Of a DNA stretch of 64,000 nucleotides, positions 12,298-22,472 are shown piece after piece. The stretch is taken from UHGV virus genome UHGV-0171999; one strand, 5' to 3'. This DNA comes from a virus. The notes under the pieces were generated by a model. The model did no database searches. It saw only the letters and a list, made by a program, of their open reading frames with translations, and was not told the origin of the DNA. How positions within the stretch are numbered: position 1 is the stretch's first letter; every line of letters begins with the position of its first letter. Made by a program: the position numbers and the translations under genes.

Positions 12298-12593
12298 TTA
12301 AACTATCAGCAGTAATATTATCTATTGGTCTTCTAGTTGGTTGTTCGACAAAGCCTCTAGAAGTAAAGAAAGAAACAGTTCATCCTAATTGGCCAGTACA
12401 AATAAAGTCATACGATGAAGCTAAACTTTCTTGGCAAGTTAAAGTTATTGATGGTAAAGCTTGGGTTGGTATGCCATTTGAAGATTCCCAGGAATTTCGC
12501 ATTTGGCTTAATGATGTAAAACGATATGTACATGATCAGAAAACTATGATATGTTATTATCGTCAAGAGCTAAAAGAGGATAAATGTAAATGA
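12294..12593 (+). CDS. putative o-spanin lipoprotein (pseT.2-like)
   Basis: Signal peptide with lipobox LLVGC; start overlaps the i-spanin stop. Confidence 0.6.
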   Translation: MIKLSAVILSIGLLVGCSTKPLEVKKETVHPNWPVQIKSYDEAKLSWQVKVIDGKAWVGMPFEDSQEFRIWLNDVKRYVHDQKTMICYYRQELKEDKCK

Positions 12594-12817
12594 TTTCATG
12601 GCATCAATTTGAACATCTCAAAGGATTGATTTATGAATCCGAGATGGCTGCAATGATTTATGGACGCCAGATTCAACGATTAGAATCTTTACCTCCAACT
12701 AATGATGTTTTATTAGCTCAATCTCGGGCTAATCTTAAAAATGAATACCAAAATAAGTGGGGTAAAGCATCTAAAGACCTGCATGATTATATTCAATCAT
12801 TGGTTGAGAAAAAATAA
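12590..12817 (+). CDS. hypothetical protein
   Basis: 75-aa ORF, ATGA coupling to upstream ORF. Confidence 0.45.
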   Translation: MISWHQFEHLKGLIYESEMAAMIYGRQIQRLESLPPTNDVLLAQSRANLKNEYQNKWGKASKDLHDYIQSLVEKK

Positions 12818-13992
<1,175 letters not shown>

Positions 13993-13995
<3 letters not shown>

Positions 13996-14043
13996 CGTCG
14001 TATTGGTGTTGAATGTTGGCAAGTTGCTTCGGGAGACTTTTAA
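13993..14043 (+). other. Amber codon plus in-frame 15-codon tail (RRIGVECWQVASGDF) ending at TAA 14041-14043
   Basis: TAG where T4 has TGG as recalled; the tail stop forms a TAATG junction with the next ORF. Confidence 0.6.
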
Positions 14044-14240
14044 TGGCGTGGCATCATGAAACTTGGTCTATTGTTATTGTAAATAGTGGTTTAGTTGGTA
14101 CTAGTAATGGGCAATTTTGTGTATTCACTAGTGAAATCAGAGCTTGGGAGGAATGCCTTAAATTAAGAGAAAAGAATCCTGATATTGAACTAACAGTAAA
14201 GAAAACTAAACTACCTTTACCATGGAAAACTTATGAATAA
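14043..14240 (+). CDS. hypothetical protein (cd.5-like position)
   Basis: ATG at 14043 preceded by GGGAGA; track start 14013 is an upstream in-frame ATG. Confidence 0.4.
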   Translation: MAWHHETWSIVIVNSGLVGTSNGQFCVFTSEIRAWEECLKLREKNPDIELTVKKTKLPLPWKTYE

Positions 14241-14433
14241 CATAGAAAAGATTTATCGACTTTGTGATAAAATTGAAAAAGAAAAGAAATATCTATTTTG
14301 TTTATGGCCTATTGTTAATGGAAGAGTAGGCTTAGATGTTCTTGATTATGAAACAGAAGACAAAGTAGATGGCTCAATTTTTGATAATGCTTTAGATGTT
14401 ATTGATTGGCTTGAAGAAAATTATGTGAGGTAA
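14233..14433 (+). CDS. hypothetical protein
   Basis: 66-aa ORF overlapping neighbours. Confidence 0.45.
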   Translation: MNNIEKIYRLCDKIEKEKKYLFCLWPIVNGRVGLDVLDYETEDKVDGSIFDNALDVIDWLEENYVR

Positions 14434-14435
14434 AT

Positions 14436-14711
14436 ATGTTTCCGACTTATTCTAAAATCGTAGAAGTAGTGTTTAGCCAAATTATCGCTAATAACATGTT
14501 TGAAAAGCTTGATAATGCAGCTGAACTTCGAATCCACGCTCAAGTGACTCATGTATTGAACGCTTTGCTTCCAGACCAGGTTGATTCTATCGCCATCACG
14601 CTGTATCCAGGCTCCGCGCATATCATTGTCGTATTCGGTCTTGATGCTGAGCTAGTCATCAAAGGCGATATTCGCTTTGAATCACAGACATCAGAATTCA
14701 AAGCAATTTAA
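14436..14711 (+). CDS. hypothetical protein
   Basis: 91-aa ORF with SD. Confidence 0.45.
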   Translation: MFPTYSKIVEVVFSQIIANNMFEKLDNAAELRIHAQVTHVLNALLPDQVDSIAITLYPGSAHIIVVFGLDAELVIKGDIRFESQTSEFKAI

Positions 14712-14713
14712 TA

Positions 14714-14743
14714 GTTTACTTTACGGTAGAGTTGTGATATTAT
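14714..14743 (+). promoter_or_regulatory. T4 early-type promoter
   Basis: GTTTAC 14714-14719, TGaTATTAT 14735-14743; -10 flanked by inverted repeat GGTAGAG/CTCTACC. Confidence 0.5.
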
Positions 14744-14772
14744 GGCTCTACCAAACAAATGAGGAAATTGAA

Positions 14773-15009
14773 ATGCTAAGTGAAAAACCAATTACTGTTA
14801 AAGAATTCCAAGAAAAAGTTAAACTATTTGCGCAGGAATTAGTAAATAAGGTTTCTGAACGATTTCCAGAAACATCGGTTCGTGTTATTACCGAAACTCC
14901 TCGTTCAGTATTAGTAATTGTGAATCCAGGTGATGGTGATCAAATAACACATCTTAAACTGGATTTTGATGGATTAGTTGAAGCACAAAGGGTGTATGGC
15001 GTACTATGA
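14773..15009 (+). CDS. hypothetical protein
   Basis: ATG 14773 after GAGGAAA SD; track start 14677 extends upstream through the promoter. Confidence 0.45.
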   Translation: MLSEKPITVKEFQEKVKLFAQELVNKVSERFPETSVRVITETPRSVLVIVNPGDGDQITHLKLDFDGLVEAQRVYGVL

Positions 15010-15344
15010 TGAATTTAACTGATATAATTGATAATTGTCTTGAAAATGATACTGGCGATCATAGAGCGCTTGATTCTGAAACAGCACAGTTCATTAGAAT
15101 AACTTTAATGAATGATACTCTAGTGAATAGTATTCATCCTTCTGTGTATGATGCTATTATTGTGACGAAGTATCCGGTTGAGCTTCACAAAAAGATGGTT
15201 GGCGCAATTTTTATTGATAAGAAAAACCGCTTTAAAGATGGGCAGAATATAATTAGTTCTGTTATTAAAAGTATAACTAAACTTCGTCACGAAATTTATC
15301 GTGTTGAAACTGCTAAATCTGCTTATCTGGTGATTATGAAATGA
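15006..15344 (+). CDS. hypothetical protein
   Basis: 112-aa ORF, ATGA coupling both sides. Confidence 0.45.
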   Translation: MMNLTDIIDNCLENDTGDHRALDSETAQFIRITLMNDTLVNSIHPSVYDAIIVTKYPVELHKKMVGAIFIDKKNRFKDGQNIISSVIKSITKLRHEIYRVETAKSAYLVIMK

Positions 15345-15922
15345 AAGCGAGTACAGTACTTCAAATTGCATATTTAGTATCACAAGAATCAAAATGTTGC
15401 TCCTGGAAGGTAGGAGCGGTAATTGAAAAGAATGGACGTATTATTTCTACCGGATATAATGGTTCACCTGCCGGGGGTGTGAATTGCTGCGATTATGCTG
15501 CTGAGCAAGGTTGGTTGCTGAATAAGCCTAAACATACTATCATTCAAGGTCATAAGCCTGAATGCGTATCATTTGGTTCAACTGATCGTTTTGTTTTGGC
15601 GAAAGAACACCGCAGTGCTCATTCTGAATGGTCGTCTAAAAATGAAATTCATGCTGAACTAAATGCAATTTTGTTTGCTGCACGAAATGGTTCTTCAATT
15701 GAAGGTGCTACTATGTATGTAACACTTTCTCCTTGCCCAGATTGTGCAAAAGCAATAGCTCAATCTGGAATTAAAAAGCTGGTTTATTGCGAAACATACG
15801 ATAAAAATAAACCTGGCTGGGATGATATTCTGCGAAATGCGGGTATTGAAGTGTTTAATGTTCCTAAGAAAAACTTGAATAAGTTAAATTGGGAAAATAT
15901 CAACGAATTCTGTGGTGAATAA
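15341..15922 (+). CDS. cd: dCMP deaminase
   Basis: 193 aa; zinc-binding deaminase motifs HAELNAI and SPCPDCAKAI. Confidence 0.9.
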   Translation: MKASTVLQIAYLVSQESKCCSWKVGAVIEKNGRIISTGYNGSPAGGVNCCDYAAEQGWLLNKPKHTIIQGHKPECVSFGSTDRFVLAKEHRSAHSEWSSKNEIHAELNAILFAARNGSSIEGATMYVTLSPCPDCAKAIAQSGIKKLVYCETYDKNKPGWDDILRNAGIEVFNVPKKNLNKLNWENINEFCGE

Positions 15923-16158
15923 TGAAATTTCGTTTGGTACAGCTCACAGCAATTAGTTCTTATTCTAACGAGAACATTTCATTTGCTGTAGAGTATAAGA
16001 AATATTTTTTCTCTAAATGGAAACAGTATTATAAGTCAGAATGGGTTTGTATTGATAAGCCGTATAGTTGGAAATCTGATTTAGAAAAATGCCAAAAATT
16101 ACTTTCCACTCTTAAAGAACGTGGAACAACCCATATTAAAACTGTAATAGGTAAATAA
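15922..16158 (+). CDS. hypothetical protein
   Basis: 78-aa ORF. Confidence 0.45.
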   Translation: MKFRLVQLTAISSYSNENISFAVEYKKYFFSKWKQYYKSEWVCIDKPYSWKSDLEKCQKLLSTLKERGTTHIKTVIGK

Positions 16159-16467
16159 ATGAAACTGACGACTGAACAAAAAGTAGCAATTCGTGAAATT
16201 TTGAAAACTAAATTGTCCATGGGTATTTCAAATGTAGTTTTTGAAAAGTCTGATGGTACTATTCGTACTATGAAAGGCACTCGTGATGCAGACTTTATGC
16301 CAACCATGCAAACTGGTAAATTGACTGAATCTGCTCGGAAAGAATCTACTGATATGATTCCGGTATTTGATGTTGAGCTTGGTGCATGGCGAGGTTTTTC
16401 TATTGACAAATTGATTTCCGTTAATGGTATGAAAGTTGAGCACTTGCTTCAATTTATTGGTAAATAA
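16159..16467 (+). CDS. hypothetical protein
   Basis: 102-aa ORF. Confidence 0.45.
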   Translation: MKLTTEQKVAIREILKTKLSMGISNVVFEKSDGTIRTMKGTRDADFMPTMQTGKLTESARKESTDMIPVFDVELGAWRGFSIDKLISVNGMKVEHLLQFIGK

Positions 16468-16523
16468 ATGCTTTAAGAATTATTTGTTATTATTAATTCA
16501 TCTGTTAACAAAAAGGAAAAACG

Positions 16524-16859
16524 ATGTCTGAAGTACAACAGCTACCAATTCGTGCTGTCGGTGAATATGTGATTTTAGTTTCTGAACCTGCACAAGCTGG
16601 TGATGAAGAAGTTACAGAATCAGGACTTATTATCGGTAAACGTGTTCAAGGTGAAGTTCCTGAACTGTGTGTAATTCACTCTGTTGGTCCTGATGTTCCT
16701 GAAGGTTTCTGTGAAGTTGGTGATTTGACTTCTCTTCCAGTTGGTCAAATTCGAAACGTTCCACATCCTTTTGTAGCTCTGGGTCTTAAGCAGCCAAAAG
16801 AAATTAAACAAAAATTTGTTACCTGTCACTATAAAGCTATTCCGTGTCTTTATAAGTGA
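16524..16859 (+). CDS. 31: gp31 co-chaperonin (GroES analogue)
   Basis: 111 aa, same as T4 gp31. Confidence 0.9.
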   Translation: MSEVQQLPIRAVGEYVILVSEPAQAGDEEVTESGLIIGKRVQGEVPELCVIHSVGPDVPEGFCEVGDLTSLPVGQIRNVPHPFVALGLKQPKEIKQKFVTCHYKAIPCLYK

Positions 16860-16985
16860 TATAAATAATAATATGAATTGAGTTTCAATTCTATGTGGTA
16901 GTCTACAACTGAGAGATCTGTCGAAAGAAGATGAAATTCAGAAGAACGTGACTACCGAGTTTTAATCTCTAACGAGAATTTTTAA

Positions 16986-17234
16986 ATGATTAAACAATTA
17001 CAACACGCTCTTGAACTGCAACGAAACGCATGGAATAATGGTCACGAAAACTATGGCGCATCTATTGATGTTGAAGCCGAAGCTCTTGAAATCCTGCGTT
17101 ATTTCAAACATCTGAATCCTGCTCAAACTGCATTAGCTGCTGAGCTTCAGGAAAAAGATGAACTTAAATATGCTAAGCCTCTGGCTTCTGCCGCACGAAA
17201 AGCAGTTCGTCACTTTGTGGTAACACTGAAGTAA
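16986..17234 (+). CDS. rIII: rIII lysis-inhibition accessory protein
   Basis: 82 aa, same as T4 RIII; position after gene 31. Confidence 0.8.
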   Translation: MIKQLQHALELQRNAWNNGHENYGASIDVEAEALEILRYFKHLNPAQTALAAELQEKDELKYAKPLASAARKAVRHFVVTLK

Positions 17235-17386
17235 TTTATTGGAGAGTCACTGCCTTAGTGTGAAGTTAAAACGAGGAGCCGTCGAACTTTGTTTTACGGT
17301 GTACCTCTTGAATGTTGACGAGGTTTATGGTTATCCTGTCGGTAAATATTCAAAACCTAAGTACCCCTTGAGGGCTTTCGCAGGCA

Positions 17387-17605
17387 ATGCCAATAAGTCC
17401 TGCATTTTCATTTAAAAGAGAATTTATAATGGCAAAACAAGCTAAAGCAAAGAAAGCAGTTGAAAAGAAAGTTGGTGATTCTAAACGCGCTGGTTACAAG
17501 CGTGGGTCGAACTCTCGTATCAATCAAACTGTTGAGAAGATCATGCGCCGAGCACGTGCGGTTCTTCGAGATGATGCTTCTCGTTTTGGTAAGCAGAAAG
17601 CATAA
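17387..17605 (+). CDS. hypothetical basic small protein (30.9-like position); start uncertain (17387 or 17429)
   Basis: Lys/Arg-rich ORF. Confidence 0.4.
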   Translation: MPISPAFSFKREFIMAKQAKAKKAVEKKVGDSKRAGYKRGSNSRINQTVEKIMRRARAVLRDDASRFGKQKA

Positions 17606-17609
17606 GTTG

Positions 17610-17635
17610 AGGACTCCTTCGGGAGTCCTTTTTTT
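17610..17635 (+). terminator. Rho-independent terminator
   Basis: GGACTCC-TTCG-GGAGTCC stem-loop followed by TTTTTTT. Confidence 0.7.
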
Positions 17636-17659
17636 ATTTTCCAAAGATTGCACAAAGTT

Positions 17660-17689
17660 GTTTACAGTATGGTTCCTTTGTGATAGTAT
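17660..17689 (+). promoter_or_regulatory. T4 early-type promoter
   Basis: CACAAAGTTGTTTACA block shared with the promoter at 1991-2003; GTTTAC 17660-17665, TGaTAGTAT 17681-17689. Confidence 0.55.
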
Positions 17690-17716
17690 TATCTTACACA
17701 AACAAAGGAGAATAAA

Positions 17717-18085
17717 ATGAAAATCAATCTTAACTCATACATCAAAGGTAAAGATCACGACGGCTATAAAGCTATCGAAACTAAAGAACTTCAGTGGCAC
17801 TTATACAAAGAACAATTTGAATTTGTAGGTTGCATGACTCCTGAAGGTCCTTCTGATGATTTCTCTTGGAAAATAATGTTAACTAACTTTTTTACTGGAG
17901 ATACATACGAATTAAAAACTTTGATTCTTGGTAAAATTCGCTGTGAGACTTATGAAGATAAAGAAACTGGTTACTCTGAAGATGTTACGTGGTATCAAAA
18001 TGGTCGTATTACCGCTGACCTCTTGATTGAAAAAATGAAAGCCAAAGGTGAATTAAATTTAGATAATTGGATTAAAGTTGCATAA
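17717..18085 (+). CDS. hypothetical protein
   Basis: 122-aa ORF, AAGGAGA SD. Confidence 0.5.
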   Translation: MKINLNSYIKGKDHDGYKAIETKELQWHLYKEQFEFVGCMTPEGPSDDFSWKIMLTNFFTGDTYELKTLILGKIRCETYEDKETGYSEDVTWYQNGRITADLLIEKMKAKGELNLDNWIKVA

Positions 18086-18089
18086 AATA

Positions 18090-18118
18090 GTTTACTTTGG
18101 TACAGGATATGATATTAT
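18090..18118 (+). promoter_or_regulatory. T4 early-type promoter
   Basis: GTTTAC 18090-18095, TGaTATTAT 18110-18118; flanked by inverted repeat GGTACAGG/CCTGTACC. Confidence 0.5.
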
Positions 18119-18155
18119 ATACCTGTACCGCAATTAAACATCTCGGAGAATAAAA

Positions 18156-18521
18156 ATGAACTACATCAACTTTGAACGTAAATATGTTTCTAATGGTATT
18201 GCAGGTTCTATTGATACTATCTGCCTTTGGAAACATCAAAATGGATCAGTATGCGAAATTGAACAGTATATGACTCCTAACTACGTTTATATGCGATTTG
18301 AAAATGGCATCACGGTTTCAATCACAATGGAAGGTTCCAACTTCAAAATCGCTCTGGATGATGATTTTCGTCAACGTGATTTAGGGACTCATCCTTGCTG
18401 GAATGGCGTTAATCGCAAGCTTTTAGTTAAAACTTGGATTCGTCATATTCTGAGTAACAGAGCTAAACCTGAGCATCTTGAAGCGATCTTTGATGTAGTT
18501 CTTAATGAATTTGATATTTAA
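18156..18521 (+). CDS. hypothetical protein
   Basis: 121-aa ORF, GGAGAA SD. Confidence 0.5.
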   Translation: MNYINFERKYVSNGIAGSIDTICLWKHQNGSVCEIEQYMTPNYVYMRFENGITVSITMEGSNFKIALDDDFRQRDLGTHPCWNGVNRKLLVKTWIRHILSNRAKPEHLEAIFDVVLNEFDI

Positions 18522-18531
18522 AATAAAATTA

Positions 18532-18545
18532 GGGGCTTCGGCCCC
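18532..18545 (+). terminator. Intergenic stem-loop (UUCG tetraloop), possible weak terminator or mRNA stabiliser
   Basis: GGGGC-TTCG-GCCCC. Confidence 0.5.
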
Positions 18546-18562
18546 TTACTGAGGAAAATACT

Positions 18563-18850
18563 ATGTTTATGACTACTTATTTTGATACTCGTAAAAACTT
18601 CTGCGAAGTGGTTTTCTCTAAGGCGCCTAAAGACCTTCCTGCTCATTTGCAACCTACTAGCGAATCGATTAAAAACTACGTTAATGTAGTATGTCCTTTA
18701 GAGTTCCGTACTGTAAATGGGCGCGATACTTTAGCTATCACTAAACTCAATCGTGAAATTGACATTGATCCTTCAATTGCGCGTGAAATTAACATTTCTG
18801 ATATTGGCGGCGGTAATGTTAAATCGCACGGTTTTCAGATGAGGTTCTAA
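18563..18850 (+). CDS. hypothetical protein
   Basis: 95-aa ORF. Confidence 0.5.
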   Translation: MFMTTYFDTRKNFCEVVFSKAPKDLPAHLQPTSESIKNYVNVVCPLEFRTVNGRDTLAITKLNREIDIDPSIAREINISDIGGGNVKSHGFQMRF

Positions 18851-19047
18851 TGAAATTCTTTTTAGGTCAAACTGTTGAATTAAAGGGAGTTGGTATACCT
18901 GGATTAATTTCTAAGGTTCTACCTCCATTTAAATGGAGTGGTATTCAAATAAAAGAGGCTTATATTGTTTCCTGGGTAGATGGAAATGAAGACCTTCGTA
19001 TGGGTGATGAATTATCTCCTATTTACGGATTAAAGGAATTAGTATGA
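18850..19047 (+). CDS. hypothetical protein
   Basis: 65-aa ORF, TAATG coupling. Confidence 0.45.
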   Translation: MKFFLGQTVELKGVGIPGLISKVLPPFKWSGIQIKEAYIVSWVDGNEDLRMGDELSPIYGLKELV

Positions 19048-19250
19048 ATATAATTAATAAGATTTTTGGAATTCAGTACATTAAGGTCACATATAAAGTA
19101 ACAGATAAAAATCCATATACTGATGAACATGAAGAACCGAAAGTTGAGTCTATTATATTAGAAAAGGACCCTAACTGGCCAGTTGAATTTCGTCTTCCTT
19201 GCTATGGTCATTGGGCTGATGTTGAAATTATAAGTATTGAAAATGTCTGA
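19044..19250 (+). CDS. hypothetical protein
   Basis: 68-aa ORF, ATGA coupling. Confidence 0.45.
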   Translation: MNIINKIFGIQYIKVTYKVTDKNPYTDEHEEPKVESIILEKDPNWPVEFRLPCYGHWADVEIISIENV

Positions 19251-19701
19251 GCTAGAGATAAGAAGCAATTTTAAATGGCCATCATGTGCATTAAGTAATT
19301 TCGCCCAATGGCCTTTCGTTATGGATGGCATTCAATTTGGAGGTCTCGAAGGATTCCTTCAAGGATGTAAGGTGAAAAATGTTGAACAGCAAAGACGTAT
19401 ATTTGGGTTATCCGGGCTTGCCGCCCAACAAGCTGGACGAGCTTATGCTAGAGCTCAGGACCGTGGGACCCTCTTCTGGCTCGGAGTTCCGTTTTCAAGA
19501 TACTCCCCAGCATGGAAAGAATTATACACAAATGCATATTTTGAAGCAGCGTTCCAAAACAGGGGCTTTCGCGATGCATTACAAGCCTCGAAAGGAAAAG
19601 TTTTGAAGCACAGCATGGCTAGTGGTCTAACAAAAGATGATACAATACTAACCGAAGCTGAATTTATTGATGTGTTAAACCTATTAAGAGACTCTCTATG
19701 A
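19243..19701 (+). CDS. hypothetical protein, possibly YbiA/DUF1768-like N-glycosidase family (30.3-like position)
   Basis: ATG 19243 (track start 19237 is TTG); motif pattern LSNF...PF..DG..F...E..FQ..K. Confidence 0.45.
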   Translation: MSELEIRSNFKWPSCALSNFAQWPFVMDGIQFGGLEGFLQGCKVKNVEQQRRIFGLSGLAAQQAGRAYARAQDRGTLFWLGVPFSRYSPAWKELYTNAYFEAAFQNRGFRDALQASKGKVLKHSMASGLTKDDTILTEAEFIDVLNLLRDSL

Positions 19702-20537
19702 AGCCTACTATTTTAACTGATATTGATGGAGTATGTTTAAGCTGGCAATCAGGTCTTCCTTATTTTGCTCAGAAATATAATCTTCCGTTAGAACATATTT
19801 TAAAAATGATCCAAGATGAGAAATTTATTTCTCCAGGTAAACTATTTAAATGCGATGAAGAACTTGGTGTCAAGTTAATTGAAAAATACAATCGATCAGA
19901 TTTTATTCGTTACTTGTCTCCATATAAAGATGCCCTGTGTGTAATTAACAAACTAAAAGAAGATTATAATTTTGTAGCTGTTACAGCATTGGGTGATTCT
20001 ATTGACGCTCTGTTGAATCGTCAATTTAATTTGAATGCTCTTTTTCCTGGTGCCTTCTCAGAAGTAATGATGTGTGGTCATGATTCTTCAAAAGAAGAGT
20101 TGTTTAAAAAGGCAAAAGAGAAATATAACGTAATTTGTTATATTGACGATCTCGCTCACCACTGCGATCATGCGAGTGAAATATTAAATGTTCCTGTTTA
20201 TTGGATGGCTCGAGGAGAGCGTGACAATATTCCAAAAACCGCTCAGCGAGTTTATACATGGAATGATGTAGAAAATAAGCTTTTTTCACCAAAGGAAAAT
20301 AAAGAAAGTTTTGATAGTGAAAAAGCTATAAAAGATTTAATTGAGAAGATGATTAAAAATGATTCTTTTCGTTGGAACACTACCTGGAGAACTCCTGGAT
20401 TTAATCCTTATAATCATCTATATCATCCATATCAGACACATCCGTTTCAGACATGGAACTATATTAAACCTGGTGGAATAGAGTATTTGTATAATAGACC
20501 TACTTGTGGTGATAATATTTTCCAAGGAGCATTCTAA
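19698..20537 (+). CDS. hypothetical protein, possible HAD-like hydrolase (30.2-like position)
   Basis: N-terminal ILTDIDGV resembles a HAD motif I. Confidence 0.45.
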   Translation: MKPTILTDIDGVCLSWQSGLPYFAQKYNLPLEHILKMIQDEKFISPGKLFKCDEELGVKLIEKYNRSDFIRYLSPYKDALCVINKLKEDYNFVAVTALGDSIDALLNRQFNLNALFPGAFSEVMMCGHDSSKEELFKKAKEKYNVICYIDDLAHHCDHASEILNVPVYWMARGERDNIPKTAQRVYTWNDVENKLFSPKENKESFDSEKAIKDLIEKMIKNDSFRWNTTWRTPGFNPYNHLYHPYQTHPFQTWNYIKPGGIEYLYNRPTCGDNIFQGAF

Positions 20538-20806
20538 TGTTTGTCGTTCACACTATTTATGAAAATGAAGGTAATACTACACGTGATTACGGTCACGTAA
20601 ATCAATTTTTTAGATGCAATCCAGAATTCCGAGCTCAAAAAGACGAACGAATTTTTAAAAAATGTGTAGAGCAAGGTTTCATTTACGTCAAGCACTGGAT
20701 GCAAGGAAATAAAGTTAGAACTACATATCATAAGTCTTTGCCTGAGCTTAATGATGAATTGATTTATAATAGAGCTGTAAATCAAACTCTGAAGGATGAA
20801 CAATGA
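20537..20806 (+). CDS. hypothetical protein
   Basis: 89-aa ORF coupled to ligase gene. Confidence 0.45.
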   Translation: MFVVHTIYENEGNTTRDYGHVNQFFRCNPEFRAQKDERIFKKCVEQGFIYVKHWMQGNKVRTTYHKSLPELNDELIYNRAVNQTLKDEQ

Positions 20807-22266
20807 TTCTTAAAATTCTGAATGAAATAGCATCTATTGGACCAACTAAGCAGAAGCAAGCAATTCTGGAAAAGAATAAAGATAATGAATTGCTTAAACG
20901 AGTGTATCGTCTGACTTATTCTCGCGGGTTACAGTATTATATCAAGAAATGGCCTAAACCTGGTATTGCTACCCAGAGTTTTGGAATGCTGACTATTACC
21001 GATATGCTTGACTTCATTGAATTCACGTTAGCTACTCGGAAATTAACTGGCAATGCAGCAATTGAGGAATTGACTGGATATATCACCGATGGTAAAAAGG
21101 ATGATGTTGAAGTTTTGCGTCGAGTGATGATGCGAGACCTTGAATGCGGTGCTTCAGTATCTATTGCAAACAAAGTTTGGCCAGGTTTAATTCCTGAACA
21201 ACCTCAAATGCTGGCAAGTTCTTATGATGAAAAAGGCATTAATAAGAATATCAAGTTTCCAGCCTTTGCGCAGTTAAAAGCAGATGGAGCTCGTTGTTTT
21301 GCTGAAGTTCGAGGTGATGAATTAGATGATGTTCGTCTTTTATCACGAGCTGGCAATGAATATCTAGGATTAGATCTTCTTAAGGAAGAATTAATCAAAA
21401 TGACTGCTGAAGCCCGCCAGATTCATCCAGAAGGTGTGTTAATTGATGGCGAATTGGTATACCATGAGCAAGTTAAAAAGGAACCAGAAGGCCTAGATTT
21501 TCTTTTTGATGCTTATCCTGAAATTAGTAAAGCCAAAGAATTCGCCGAAGTAGCGGAATCTCGTACTACTTCTAATGGAATTGCCAATAAATCTTTAAAG
21601 GGAACTATTTCAGAAAAAGAAGCTCAATGCATGAAGTTTCAGGTCTGGGATTATGTCCCGTTAGTAGAAATATACGGTCTTCCGACGTTTCGTTTAAAAT
21701 ATGATGTACGTTTTTCTAAACTAGAACAAATGACATCAGGATATGATAAAGTAATTTTAATTGAAAACCAGGTAGTAAATAACCTAGATGAAGCTAAGGT
21801 AATTTATAAAAAGTATATTGACCAAGGTCTTGAAGGTATTATTCTCAAAAATACCGATGGATTATGGGAAAATGCTCGTTCAAAAAATCTTTATAAATTT
21901 AAAGAAGTAATTGATGTTGATTTAAAAATTGTAGGAATTTATCCTCACCGTAAAGACCCTACTAAAGCAGGTGGATTTATTCTTGAATCAGAGTGTGGAA
22001 AAATTAAAGTAAATGCCGGTTCAGGTTTAAAAGATAAAGCTGGTGTAAAATCACATGAACTTGACCGTACTCGCATTATGGAAAACCAAAATTATTATAT
22101 TGGAAAAATTCTAGAGTGCGAATGCAATGGTTGGTTAAAATCTGATGGCCGCACTGATTACGTTAAATTATTTCTTCCAATTGCGATTCGTTTACGTGAA
22201 GATAAAACTAAAGCTAATACATTCGAGGATGTATTTGGTGATTTTCATGAGGTAACTGGTCTATGA
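20803..22266 (+). CDS. 30: ATP-dependent DNA ligase
   Basis: 487 aa, same as T4 DNA ligase; adenylation motif KADGARC. Confidence 0.95.
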   Translation: MILKILNEIASIGPTKQKQAILEKNKDNELLKRVYRLTYSRGLQYYIKKWPKPGIATQSFGMLTITDMLDFIEFTLATRKLTGNAAIEELTGYITDGKKDDVEVLRRVMMRDLECGASVSIANKVWPGLIPEQPQMLASSYDEKGINKNIKFPAFAQLKADGARCFAEVRGDELDDVRLLSRAGNEYLGLDLLKEELIKMTAEARQIHPEGVLIDGELVYHEQVKKEPEGLDFLFDAYPEISKAKEFAEVAESRTTSNGIANKSLKGTISEKEAQCMKFQVWDYVPLVEIYGLPTFRLKYDVRFSKLEQMTSGYDKVILIENQVVNNLDEAKVIYKKYIDQGLEGIILKNTDGLWENARSKNLYKFKEVIDVDLKIVGIYPHRKDPTKAGGFILESECGKIKVNAGSGLKDKAGVKSHELDRTRIMENQNYYIGKILECECNGWLKSDGRTDYVKLFLPIAIRLREDKTKANTFEDVFGDFHEVTGL

Positions 22267-22451
22267 AAGCTTACTTAGAAACAATTGTCGTGGCTCAAAA
22301 AGAAGGTGGAGATGTTTCTACTTCTGTATCGCAAATCGTTCTCGAATTTGTAGATGCATATGCTTATAATAAATTCACAGAAACATTTGATGCCTATGAA
22401 AAAGGACCAAAGTTTGAAATATACCGCACTCTCTTACCAATAGATTATTAA
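22263..22451 (+). CDS. hypothetical protein
   Basis: 62-aa ORF, ATGA coupling to ligase. Confidence 0.45.
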   Translation: MKAYLETIVVAQKEGGDVSTSVSQIVLEFVDAYAYNKFTETFDAYEKGPKFEIYRTLLPIDY

Positions 22452-22467
22452 AGGCCTTCGGGCCTTT
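22450..22467 (+). terminator. Intergenic stem-loop (UUCG tetraloop)
   Basis: AAAGGCC-TTCG-GGCCTTT. Confidence 0.5.
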
Positions 22468-22472
22468 AATTT

